Source: Syntrophaceae bacterium UBA7520
GTDB taxonomy: Bacteria; Desulfobacterota; Syntrophia; Syntrophales; Smithellaceae
Length of the DNA stretch: 64,000 bases
Reading direction: 5' to 3'
Assembly: GCA_002478265.1 (NCBI GenBank)
Contig: DLNC01000026.1
Location: 6,792-70,791, forward strand
A model generated the notes under the pieces. That model made no database searches. It had not been told where the DNA came from and saw only the letters and a list, made by a program, of their open reading frames with translations. The position numbers were made by a program, and so were the translations under genes. Positions 26,761 to 35,480 of this stretch are shown in pieces. Every line of letters starts with the position of its first letter. The stretch's first letter is position 1.

Positions 26761-27783
26761 TTATAATTTAGAAATATCTTGAACAATTTTTCTGATATCA
26801 ATATTCACCGGACAGTACATCACACAGCGGCCGCAGCCCACGCAGGAAATCGCGTTGAACATATCCACATAATATTTGAATTTGTGCATGGTGCGCTGGC
26901 GCCATCTTTCTTTTTGTGAAGGCCGCGGATTGTGCCCGGATGTCTCTTTGGTAAACAGAGGAAACATGCACGAATCCCAGGACCGGATGCGCACGCCGTC
27001 CGAACCTTTAACCTCGTCGCTGATGTCAAAACAATGGCAGGTCGGGCACAAATAGGTGCAGGTGCCACAGGCCAGGCATTTGCCATGAATCGTGTTCCAG
27101 AAAGGATTGTCGAAATTTACATCCAGAATCGGTTTAACTTCATGCGCGGGTATTTTTGATTTAACTGCCTCTTTCGCTTTGGCGGCAATTTCCGCTTTCT
27201 TGGATTCCGCCTGCGCGTCGGCCTTTGTTTCACCGAAATATTTTGCCAGCGCCTCGCCCTTCGGGGTAACAAATTCCACCAGATAATCACCGCCGATGTC
27301 GGTAAGCAGAATGTCCGCTCCGTCGGAGGAAACCGGCTCACCGTCCACCGATGTGCAAAAACAGCTCGTGTACGGCGGTGTCGCGCAAGCAAGCGAAATA
27401 ACCGTTGTGTTTTTTCTTTTCGCTATATAGTAGCCGTCTTTGTATTTTTCCTGATCAAAAAGCTTGTCCAGAAGTACAAAGCTGTGCGCGTCGCAGGGGC
27501 GCACGCCAAACAAAACAGACTGCTCGGCTTTATTTACTTCCGCAGAAAAGGTCATGCCTTTTTCCGTGCGGGTATACTTCATCATGGTTTCCGTATGGGG
27601 AAAGAAAACATTTTTCGGCGCGTTTTTGGAGTTCAGATAAGAAAAAAACGGCTCATCGTTCCTGCCGAGCGGCGCAAAGAGAACATTATCTTCCTTCTTA
27701 ACCGGCGCCCAAACCAGAAAATCATCCGCCATTTTTTTGGCTATCCCGGCCAAGGCATCTTTTTTGATCAAACGTTTTTCCAT
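26761..27783 (-). CDS. FlxB-like iron-sulfur subunit, second copy
   Basis: FGVRPCDA, CLACGTCTYLCPTCHCFD, CVGCGRCVMYCP. The ATG at 27783 has an AGGAAAG SD; the ORF-track TTG start at 27825 is less likely. Confidence 0.7.
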   Translation of the reverse strand: MEKRLIKKDALAGIAKKMADDFLVWAPVKKEDNVLFAPLGRNDEPFFSYLNSKNAPKNVFFPHTETMMKYTRTEKGMTFSAEVNKAEQSVLFGVRPCDAHSFVLLDKLFDQEKYKDGYYIAKRKNTTVISLACATPPYTSCFCTSVDGEPVSSDGADILLTDIGGDYLVEFVTPKGEALAKYFGETKADAQAESKKAEIAAKAKEAVKSKIPAHEVKPILDVNFDNPFWNTIHGKCLACGTCTYLCPTCHCFDISDEVKGSDGVRIRSWDSCMFPLFTKETSGHNPRPSQKERWRQRTMHKFKYYVDMFNAISCVGCGRCVMYCPVNIDIRKIVQDISKL

Positions 27784-27841
27784 AATCTTTCCTAATTTAT
27801 TATTTTCTGCACCTTGCGAAATCAAAATACTTTTATTTTTT

Positions 27842-28690
27842 TCAAATCAGCCTCAACTGCTTTAAAAGCGGCTGCGGGTCGAAAATATGCGATTTAAAAG
27901 TATCCTTTGCTTCCGGCAAATCCATCGCCAGCGAAATCAGTTCGGTAAAATAGAATACCGGCAATCTCAGCTTCCGGCTGGGACGCATATCCAGATTAGC
28001 CATGCACAGCGGGCAGGCGGTTACCACGCAGTTGGCACCCGCTTCCCGCGCCGCGCTCATCAACTTATCACACATGTCGACGACAATTTTCGTTTTGCTG
28101 ATCGCGAGCGATCCGCCGCAGCAGTCGGTTTTATACGACCAGTTTTTCACGTCCGCGCCGATGGCCGTTAATATTTTGTCCATCATATAAGGATTTTCAT
28201 AGTCGTCGAACTCACAGACCTCCGGGGGGCGCAGCAAAAGACATCCGTAATAAGATACCGGTTTTAGGCCACCCAAGTCTTTTTTGGTTTTTCCCTTAAG
28301 CGCTTCTATGCCGATATCGTTATAGATAATATCAACGGGATTGCGGATCGCAAAGTTTGGCTGGTATTTGCCGCCGATAACATCTTCTATCTTTGTCTTC
28401 AGTTTATCATCCGCCTTTAAATGATGCTCGGCCATTTTAAACCTGTTGAAACAGGCCGCGCAGGGAACCATGACATCCAGCGCGTCTTTCTGGGCGGCGA
28501 TCAAGTTGCGCGCCGGCAGCGCGATCGATAAATCAAAATTGGTGCTGTGCGCGGAAGAAGCCCCGCAGCAGGACCAGTCGTCAACTTCTTTTATTTCTAT
28601 GCCCAAAGCGCGGCTGACCGCCTTCATCGACTGATCATATTCTTTTCCCGTCGCGTGCAGCGAACATCCGGGGTAGTATGAAACTTTCAA
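27842..28690 (-). CDS. hdrB: Heterodisulfide reductase subunit B (two CCG domains)
   Basis: MKVSYYPGCSL, WSCCGAS, YYGCLLLRP, DCCGGS. Confidence 0.85.
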   Translation of the reverse strand: MKVSYYPGCSLHATGKEYDQSMKAVSRALGIEIKEVDDWSCCGASSAHSTNFDLSIALPARNLIAAQKDALDVMVPCAACFNRFKMAEHHLKADDKLKTKIEDVIGGKYQPNFAIRNPVDIIYNDIGIEALKGKTKKDLGGLKPVSYYGCLLLRPPEVCEFDDYENPYMMDKILTAIGADVKNWSYKTDCCGGSLAISKTKIVVDMCDKLMSAAREAGANCVVTACPLCMANLDMRPSRKLRLPVFYFTELISLAMDLPEAKDTFKSHIFDPQPLLKQLRLI

Positions 28691-28711
28691 CTCCTGCCTC
28701 CTTAGCCTTCT

Positions 28712-29239
28712 TTACGATGACTTTGTTTTTTCAAAAATATCCTGGACGGACTTCAAATCCTTCGTGCGCGGCGAAACAAGCGCGAGTTTTCCTTTTAGGA
28801 ACATGCCCGGAGCCAGGGTGATATCCGAAAACAAATCTCCCGATTTTAACTTATACTGCACCATCATCATCGGCTCGTTGATACGGCCGCCCATTTTAAT
28901 GCCGGACAAAAACGCTTCGTGGAACTTCAGCACATTTCTCTCGCGCGCGCCGATGCCGGATTCGATAGCCATCTGCCTGAGCACATCCATCATGCGGGCG
29001 ATATCCACTTCGTTCGGACAGCGCGTGATGCATGTTTCACACGACAGGCAAAGCCAAATGGTGGAACTCCTGAGCACTTTATCGCGCTCGCCGTTCTGGA
29101 TCATTTTAACCACCCTGTTGGGGTTAAATTCCATATACGACGCCGTGGGACACCCCGCCGTGCACTTGCGGCAATGATAGCAGCGTTGAATGGGCACTCC
29201 GTTTATTCTCTCGTTTACTTCTTCCAGAAAAGTTTGCAT
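28712..29239 (-). CDS. hdrC: Heterodisulfide reductase subunit C
   Basis: CYHCRKCTAGCP and CLSCETCITRCP. The ORF-track start at 29347 would overlap the upstream gene by 83 nt; the ATG at 29239 (MQTFLEE) fits better. Confidence 0.8.
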   Translation of the reverse strand: MQTFLEEVNERINGVPIQRCYHCRKCTAGCPTASYMEFNPNRVVKMIQNGERDKVLRSSTIWLCLSCETCITRCPNEVDIARMMDVLRQMAIESGIGARERNVLKFHEAFLSGIKMGGRINEPMMMVQYKLKSGDLFSDITLAPGMFLKGKLALVSPRTKDLKSVQDIFEKTKSS

Positions 29240-29264
29240 GTGAACTCCGCTTTTTAAATCCTCG

Positions 29265-30272
29265 TCAGGGATTGTAAATAAAATCTTCTTTGTCGTTTTC
29301 ACTGAATTTGCCCAAAGGCGGCATGTCTTCCATGGAAGATCCGGCACGGTTGCCGAACATCTCCCAGCAGTCCTTGTCTATTTTTTTGAGGAAATTGCGC
29401 AAATCAACGCCCATCGGGCAGACGGCCACACAGGAGCCGCAATCCACGCAACGCCCCACCATGTGATAGAGGCGCATGAACTGGAATACCTGCGTGTCAG
29501 TCGCGTCTTCGCCGATACCAACCCACTGCGGCATGCTTTGCTCGGCAAAACAGGTCGGGCAATAACAGGACGGACAAGCCTGGCGACAGGCATTGCAGCG
29601 AATACACTTGGCCATTTCCTTTGTGAAGTACGCCCAACGCTCTTCAATGGACTTGGCTTCAAATTCCTTAACCTGGTCATACTCGGCTTCGGGATTCATG
29701 GCTGGCGCAGGCGAACCGACCATAACGTCGGAAATAATGGGATTATTATACCGGCAAGTGCGGCAGCTGTCTGAAAGGACTTCTTTCAGCGCGACGGTCT
29801 TTTCACCTTCCGCCGTTTTCACCTTAATCTGGCCGCCTTCCATATCGCCTTCAATGATATCCGCGCCGCCTGCGGCGGTTCTTAATTTTTTACTCTCCAC
29901 ATAGCCGTCGCAGGGAACGCCGATAATGTAAACTTCGCCGCGGTCATATTGCCTTTCCTGCAAATGGATAATAATGGAACGCGTGGTGCAGCCGCGGGCG
30001 ACCACCCCGATCACTTTTTTCTTCCTGTCTTCCGGCTTAACGCGCTTTTGCGAATTTTTATGCGCGGTAATCAAGTCATGCACGAACTTGGCCAAGTTTT
30101 GCGTGCAGAGATTGTTCCAGATTAGTTTTTCCGCCTCTTCCGGCCTAGTGATAAAGCAAGGCGTTGCCGTCAAAGGAAGCGTGCCTTTTTCATAGCCAAT
30201 GATCACGTCAGCTTTCTTTTCCAAAAGCAGCCTTTGAGCTTCTTCCCGCAATTTAGTTTCAATGTTTTCCAC
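29265..30272 (-). CDS. FlxC-like iron-sulfur subunit, second copy
   Basis: CIRCNACRQACPSCYC and CVDCGSCVAVCP. N-terminal half paralogous to 21164..22027. Confidence 0.7.
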   Translation of the reverse strand: MENIETKLREEAQRLLLEKKADVIIGYEKGTLPLTATPCFITRPEEAEKLIWNNLCTQNLAKFVHDLITAHKNSQKRVKPEDRKKKVIGVVARGCTTRSIIIHLQERQYDRGEVYIIGVPCDGYVESKKLRTAAGGADIIEGDMEGGQIKVKTAEGEKTVALKEVLSDSCRTCRYNNPIISDVMVGSPAPAMNPEAEYDQVKEFEAKSIEERWAYFTKEMAKCIRCNACRQACPSCYCPTCFAEQSMPQWVGIGEDATDTQVFQFMRLYHMVGRCVDCGSCVAVCPMGVDLRNFLKKIDKDCWEMFGNRAGSSMEDMPPLGKFSENDKEDFIYNP

Positions 30273-30318
30273 AGTGATAATTTCCTTGTTAGTTTTTATA
30301 CTCTTCTTATAAATTAAC

Positions 30319-30759
30319 CTATGCCACTGTCTTAACCATTTTACTGGCCGGTCCCAATGCCTTTATTTTTTCCGTCGCTCCTTTGATGACCTGCGCCCAT
30401 CTATCTCCTTCGGACGCGGAAACCCAGGTGAATATGGTACGGTCCCCTTCCACACCGATGTAATTCAGGAAACTTTTTAACGTCGCAAACTTGCGCCGCG
30501 CCACCATATTTCCCGAAATATAGTGGCATTCACCGGGGTGTCACCCCGAAACAAGAACGCCGTCGGCTCCGGACTGCAGGGCTTTCACTATATAAAAAGG
30601 ATTTATTCTGCCGGTGCAGGGAACACGGATGATTCTCACGTTGGTCGGATATTGAATCCTGCTGATACCGGCCAGATCGGCGCCCGCGTAGGTACACCAG
30701 TTGCAGACGATGGCAACGAATTTCGGTTCCCATTCCTTATTTGCTAAGTTTTCAGCCAT
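30319..30759 (-). CDS. mvhD: MvhD/FlxD-like subunit, selenocysteine form (in-frame TGA at 30541..30543 read as Sec; 146 aa)
   Basis: ORF-track fragments 30541..30759 and 30319..30507 share a frame. The joined product reads ...[17 protein letters not shown]...WVSASEG and aligns end to end with the Cys paralog 22024..22455, with the TGA on the first Cys of GCHPGDCHY. Confidence 0.8.
30501..30526 (-). promoter_or_regulatory. Candidate bacterial SECIS hairpin
   Basis: mRNA 5'-CCACUAUAUUU-CGGG-AAAUAUGGUGG-3': an 11-bp stem (one G-U pair) and a 4-nt G-rich loop, starting 14 nt 3' of the UGA. Confidence 0.55.
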
Positions 30760-30815
30760 ATCTTCTCCTTAATATTTTCCTTCCCGCGGCAAGGCGGCTT
30801 TATCAGCCGGTCACC

Positions 30816-33800
30816 TCAGTTTAAATTATATATCTGTGCCACAACCTCTTCGTTATTGAAACCGTTGAGATCAACCGCGTTCATGCGGCAGGAGGCGGTG
30901 CAAACGCCGCACCCCTTACACAAAACAGTGTTAACAACCGCGCATCCCTCATTAACGTCCACGGCAATAGCGCTGTAGGGACAATTGATCTCGCAAAGGC
31001 CACAGGCCGAACATCTTTCTTTGTTGACATAGGCGGTCTTGCCTTCCGCTTCGATGTAGTCCAGCGTGAGTATCGTGCAGGCGCGGGACACGGCCGCGTT
31101 GGCCTGGGTGACCGTCTCATCGCTGAATTTCGGCGAATGCGACATGCCGCACATAAACACGCCGTCCGTGGCAAAATCCACCGGCCGCAATTTGACGTGC
31201 GCCTCCAGGAAAAAGCCGTCCTGGTTGGTGGGAACTTTCAACATCTGACCGATGGCCGCGTTTTCCGGATTCGGGACAACGCCCACACTGAGCGCTACGA
31301 TATCCGCGGGCAGAGTTACCTGCTCATTAAGAATCGGGTCAAAAACTTTTACTTCCAGCTTATCGCCCGCGGCGACAACCTGCGGCTTTCTTTCTTCTTC
31401 ATAAACGATGAATTTGATATTCGCTTCCCGCGCCTTCTTGTAATAATCTTCCTTGAAGGAGAAAGTGCGGATATCGCGGTAAATTATGGTGATATCGCGT
31501 GAGGGATCCGCGGCTTTTAACTCCAGCGCGTTTTTAATGGCCTCCGAGCAGCAGTAACGGCTGCAGTAAGGCCTTTCCTTCTCGCGGCTGCCCACGCACT
31601 GAATCATCACCACATTTTTCACCGCTGCCAGTTGCGGATCTTTTTCGTAAAGCAGCTTTTCCAGTTCCCGCTGTGTTTTTACTTTGTCGTTCTGGCCATA
31701 GAGATATTCCTTCGGCCTGTTTTCGTAAGCTCCCGTGGCCACCAGCACCACGCCATGCTCAAAAACTTTTTCTCCGTCCTTGGCTATGACGGTCGTTTTG
31801 TAATTGCCGATGAATCCTTCAATCTTTTTGATCTGAGCCGACGTGACAACGGTAATCAAGGGATTATTGTAAACTTTTTCCAGAAGTCCCTTGAGGTGGG
31901 CTTTTGTATCCAGTCCTTCCAGCGTTTTATATAAATGATTGTAGTTGCCGCCGAGGCGCTCCTCTTTCTCTATAATGAAGGAGGCAAATCCCTGATCGGC
32001 CAAGGAAAGCGCCACGGTAATGCCCGCCAAACCGCCACCGATAACCAGCGCCTGATGGTTAACGGCCAGCTGACCGGGCTTCAAAGGTTTTAGATACTGG
32101 GCCTTGGCCACCGCCATGCGCAACAAATCTTTGGCTTTTGCCGTTGCCTTTTCCGGTTCGTGCATATGCACCCACGAATCCTGGTCGCGGATATTGGCCA
32201 TTTCAAACAGATACCTGTTGAGACCGGCTTTCTCGCAGTTTTCCTGGAACAGCCCTTCATGTGTGCGCGGCGAGCACGAAGCAACTACTACGCGCGTCAA
32301 ATTTTCTTCTTTGATCACTTCCGCCATTTTTACCGCGGTGTCCTGCGAACAGGTAAACAAATTGTCGGCCGCGTAAACAACGGTGGGAAGCGTTTTAGCG
32401 TAATCGCGCACGGCGGGCACATCAACCACTCCTCCGATGTTGATGCCGCAGTGACAGACGAACACGCCGGTGCGCACCGGCTGGCCGCGCAGATCTTTTT
32501 CTTCCGGGTTTTCGACCGGCGTAATCATCGTGCCGCGCCGTGAGGCAAGCAGGCCTTCCGCGCAGGCGGCGGCGGCGGAAGCTTCCATAACCGTTTCCGG
32601 AATATCTTTAGGTCCTCCGAATGCGCCACAAACAAACACGCCGGGGCGTGATGTCTGCACGGGATTTTCCAGAGACGTTTTGCAGAAACCATGTTCTTCC
32701 AGTTCAATGCCTAAGCTGGCGGCCAGCTTTTTCGCCTCTTTCGGCGGCATCAGACCGACAGAAAGAACGACCATATCGAATTCCTCTTCGGTAAACGTGC
32801 CGTCCTGATTCACGTATTTGATCAGTAGATTGTTCGTCTGCTGCAATTCCTTAATCGTCGAAGGCATGGAACGGATATAACGGATACCGTATTCTTCCTT
32901 GGCGCGATTGACAAAACGGTCAAAGTCCTTGCCGTGGGCGCGGATATCCATGTAGAAGATGGTCGGCTCCAGCCCTTTGGCGTGCTCCTTGCCGATAATC
33001 GCCTCTTTCGTGGCATACATACAGCAAACAGACGAACACCAGCTGTTGTCGCAGGAAACATCGCGCGAGCCGACGCACTGAATGAAAGCGATTTTTTTCG
33101 GCTCCTTGCCATCCGAAATTCTCTGCACGTGGCCGAAATAAGGACCGGACGCGGAAAGAATCCTTTCGAACTGAATAGCTGAAATGACATTCTTGTAAAT
33201 GCCGTAACCGTATTCACCGCGCAGGCGCGCGTCGAAAATTTCAAAGCCGGGTGACGCGATCACCGCGCCTACTTCTATTGTTTCTTCCTGAACCGTCATG
33301 TCGTGATCAATGGCTTTAGCGATACACGCCTCCACGCACTGATAACATTCCGAACAAATGCCGCAATTAAGACAGCGCAGCGCCTCGGCAATCGCCTGCG
33401 CTTCGTCAAAACCGACGCCTACTTCGCGGAAATTGGTTACGCGGTCTTGCGGCTTCAGATGCGGATATTTCACGCGCGGGCTTTTCGGCACGTTCGACAC
33501 ATCGGCTTTATCCGCCAGATCTTTCGTCCAGTCTTTTTCCCTACCGGCCTTGATATCCATACCCTGCAGATAAAGATCGATGGATTTGGCTGCTTCCTTG
33601 CCTGAATAAACTGCTTTGACCACCGTCTGCGGGCCGGTGACCACGTCGCCGCCGGCGAAAATGCCGGGAACGTTAGTGGCAAAGGTCACCGGGTCGTAAT
33701 TGATATTGCTCCATTCGCTGACAGAAACGCCACTTTCTTTGGGCAGGAAGGATAAGTCCGCCTCCTGACCGATGGCGGGAATAATGGAGTCGCACTCAAT

Positions 33801-35243
33801 GATGAATTCCGAGCCCTTGATTTCGACGGGACGGCGGCGGCCGCTTTTATCGGGCTCGCCCAATTCCATGCGCACGCATTCCAGGGCCGCCGCCTTGCCA
33901 TCCTTGCCGATGACCCTTTTAGGCGCGACCAGAAATTCCATTTTGATTCCTTCTTCCAGCGCTTCTTCTATTTCTTCATTCGCGGCGGGCATTTCCGCGC
34001 GGGTGCGTCGATAAAGAATAAAGACGTCTTTGGAACCGGTGCGGACCGCGGTGCGGACAGCGTCCATCGCCACGTTACCGCCGCCGATCACCGCCACTTT
34101 ATCTCCGAGCGGGACTTGCTTGCCGAGATTGATTTGCGTGAGATAATCAACGCCCTGAATAACGCCGCGCATATCCTGCCCGGGAATATTCATACGGCTG
34201 CTTTTCATCGTGCCGCAGCCGATAAAAATCGCATCGTAATCTTTTTTCAGTTTTTCGAAGGGAATATCCTTGCCGATGCGGGTATTAAGATGAATCTTTA
34301 CACCCAAATCTTCGATTACCTTTATTTCCGCCCGCAGGACATCTTTGGGCAAACGATATTCCGGAATGCCGACGGCCATCCAGCCGCCCGCCATGGGCAG
34401 GGCTTCAAACACTTCCACATCATAGCCTTCAATAGCCAGGTAATAAGCGCAGGTCAACCCGGAAGGACCGGAGCCGATTATCGCCACCTTCTTGCCCTTG
34501 TTCTCTTTCTTTTCCGGCAGGTAACGCGTGTCGCTGTTTAAATCCAGATCCGCCACAAAGCGTTTCAGGTGCATGATATCAATGGGTTCATCCACCTTGC
34601 CGCGCATACAGGCGGTTTCACACGGATGGTTACAAACGCGCCCGCAGACAATGGGGAACGGGTTATCCTTTTTGATAAGTTTGAGAGCTTCCTTGAATTT
34701 TCCCTGACCGATCAGCGCCACATAGCCCTGCACGCTGATGTGCGTGGGACAATTTGCCTTGCACGGCGACGTGCCGAGTTTATCAATGGCAAAGCCGCTG
34801 GGAATCGCCTGTGGAAAATGACGGTAGATGGCCTGTCTTTCACTGAGGTTGCCGTTAAATTCGGCTTTAACGTTAACGGGGCAAACTTTGGCACAATCAC
34901 CGCAGCCCGTGCACTTGTCCAGATTCACGTAGCGGGGAGCGCTAGTCAGTTTAATCTTGAATTTACCCGGTTCGCCTTCCACCGCCTCAACGGTGCGCCG
35001 CGTCATGATTGTCACGTTGGGATGGCGCCCTACCTCCACGAGCTTCGGCGACAAAATGCACGCGGAGCAGTCATTGGTGGGAAATGTCTTATCCAGCTGA
35101 GCCATTACCCCGCCGATACTAATACCGTTTTCGACGAGATATACTTTCATTCCTGAGTTGGCTAAATCGAGCGACGCCTGAATGCCGGCTATACCCGAAC
35201 CAACGACCATTACTGCGCCAACTTTCTCATCATTTTTCAGCAC
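30816..35243 (-). CDS. Giant HdrA-like fusion: HdrA unit interrupted by a GltD-like NAD(P)H/FAD module, followed by a second complete HdrA unit ('HdrL'-type)
   Basis: 1475 aa, GTG start with AAGGAG SD. HdrA unit 1: GSGIAGIQASLDLA, DKTFPTNDCSACIL. GltD-like module: NPFPIVCGRVCNHPCETAC, VAIIGSGPSGLTCAYYL, VAVIGGGNVAMDAV. HdrA unit 2: VFVCHCGINIGG, VIGGGLAGITVALSLA, QCVGSRE..CSRYCC. Terminal CSACGLCEINCP / CKGCGVCTASC. Confidence 0.85.
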   Translation of the reverse strand: MLKNDEKVGAVMVVGSGIAGIQASLDLANSGMKVYLVENGISIGGVMAQLDKTFPTNDCSACILSPKLVEVGRHPNVTIMTRRTVEAVEGEPGKFKIKLTSAPRYVNLDKCTGCGDCAKVCPVNVKAEFNGNLSERQAIYRHFPQAIPSGFAIDKLGTSPCKANCPTHISVQGYVALIGQGKFKEALKLIKKDNPFPIVCGRVCNHPCETACMRGKVDEPIDIMHLKRFVADLDLNSDTRYLPEKKENKGKKVAIIGSGPSGLTCAYYLAIEGYDVEVFEALPMAGGWMAVGIPEYRLPKDVLRAEIKVIEDLGVKIHLNTRIGKDIPFEKLKKDYDAIFIGCGTMKSSRMNIPGQDMRGVIQGVDYLTQINLGKQVPLGDKVAVIGGGNVAMDAVRTAVRTGSKDVFILYRRTRAEMPAANEEIEEALEEGIKMEFLVAPKRVIGKDGKAAALECVRMELGEPDKSGRRRPVEIKGSEFIIECDSIIPAIGQEADLSFLPKESGVSVSEWSNINYDPVTFATNVPGIFAGGDVVTGPQTVVKAVYSGKEAAKSIDLYLQGMDIKAGREKDWTKDLADKADVSNVPKSPRVKYPHLKPQDRVTNFREVGVGFDEAQAIAEALRCLNCGICSECYQCVEACIAKAIDHDMTVQEETIEVGAVIASPGFEIFDARLRGEYGYGIYKNVISAIQFERILSASGPYFGHVQRISDGKEPKKIAFIQCVGSRDVSCDNSWCSSVCCMYATKEAIIGKEHAKGLEPTIFYMDIRAHGKDFDRFVNRAKEEYGIRYIRSMPSTIKELQQTNNLLIKYVNQDGTFTEEEFDMVVLSVGLMPPKEAKKLAASLGIELEEHGFCKTSLENPVQTSRPGVFVCGAFGGPKDIPETVMEASAAAACAEGLLASRRGTMITPVENPEEKDLRGQPVRTGVFVCHCGINIGGVVDVPAVRDYAKTLPTVVYAADNLFTCSQDTAVKMAEVIKEENLTRVVVASCSPRTHEGLFQENCEKAGLNRYLFEMANIRDQDSWVHMHEPEKATAKAKDLLRMAVAKAQYLKPLKPGQLAVNHQALVIGGGLAGITVALSLADQGFASFIIEKEERLGGNYNHLYKTLEGLDTKAHLKGLLEKVYNNPLITVVTSAQIKKIEGFIGNYKTTVIAKDGEKVFEHGVVLVATGAYENRPKEYLYGQNDKVKTQRELEKLLYEKDPQLAAVKNVVMIQCVGSREKERPYCSRYCCSEAIKNALELKAADPSRDITIIYRDIRTFSFKEDYYKKAREANIKFIVYEEERKPQVVAAGDKLEVKVFDPILNEQVTLPADIVALSVGVVPNPENAAIGQMLKVPTNQDGFFLEAHVKLRPVDFATDGVFMCGMSHSPKFSDETVTQANAAVSRACTILTLDYIEAEGKTAYVNKERCSACGLCEINCPYSAIAVDVNEGCAVVNTVLCKGCGVCTASCRMNAVDLNGFNNEEVVAQIYNLN

Positions 35244-35480
35244 TTGTTACTCCTTAAAATACTGTCTGTGGAATAATATTTTTGATTTTTTTGAATCGAG
35301 GGAAAAAAGAAAAATAGTGCGGCGAACATAACTAAATTAACCTGTAATAAAACCAACATTATCATAATCATCATAAGCCTCATCCGTATAGGAAATTTTT
35401 GACTAATGGTCAAGAAAATTTTTTCTGACTGATGATATCGCGAAGAAAAGTACCCGCAAAAAAGAATAACTACCACAAAA

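Noticed and set aside
30319-30759. Reading the two short ORFs as a frameshifted or nonsense pseudogene of mvhD
   Set aside because: There is no frame change and only a single stop. That stop is TGA, it sits exactly on a conserved Cys codon position, a hairpin lies at SECIS distance, and selA is nearby. Selenocysteine recoding is the simpler explanation.
34569-35156. 195-aa plus-strand ORF (and the other short ORFs opposite 30816..35243)
   Set aside because: It is antisense to the 1475-aa HdrA-like gene and has a shadow-ORF composition.
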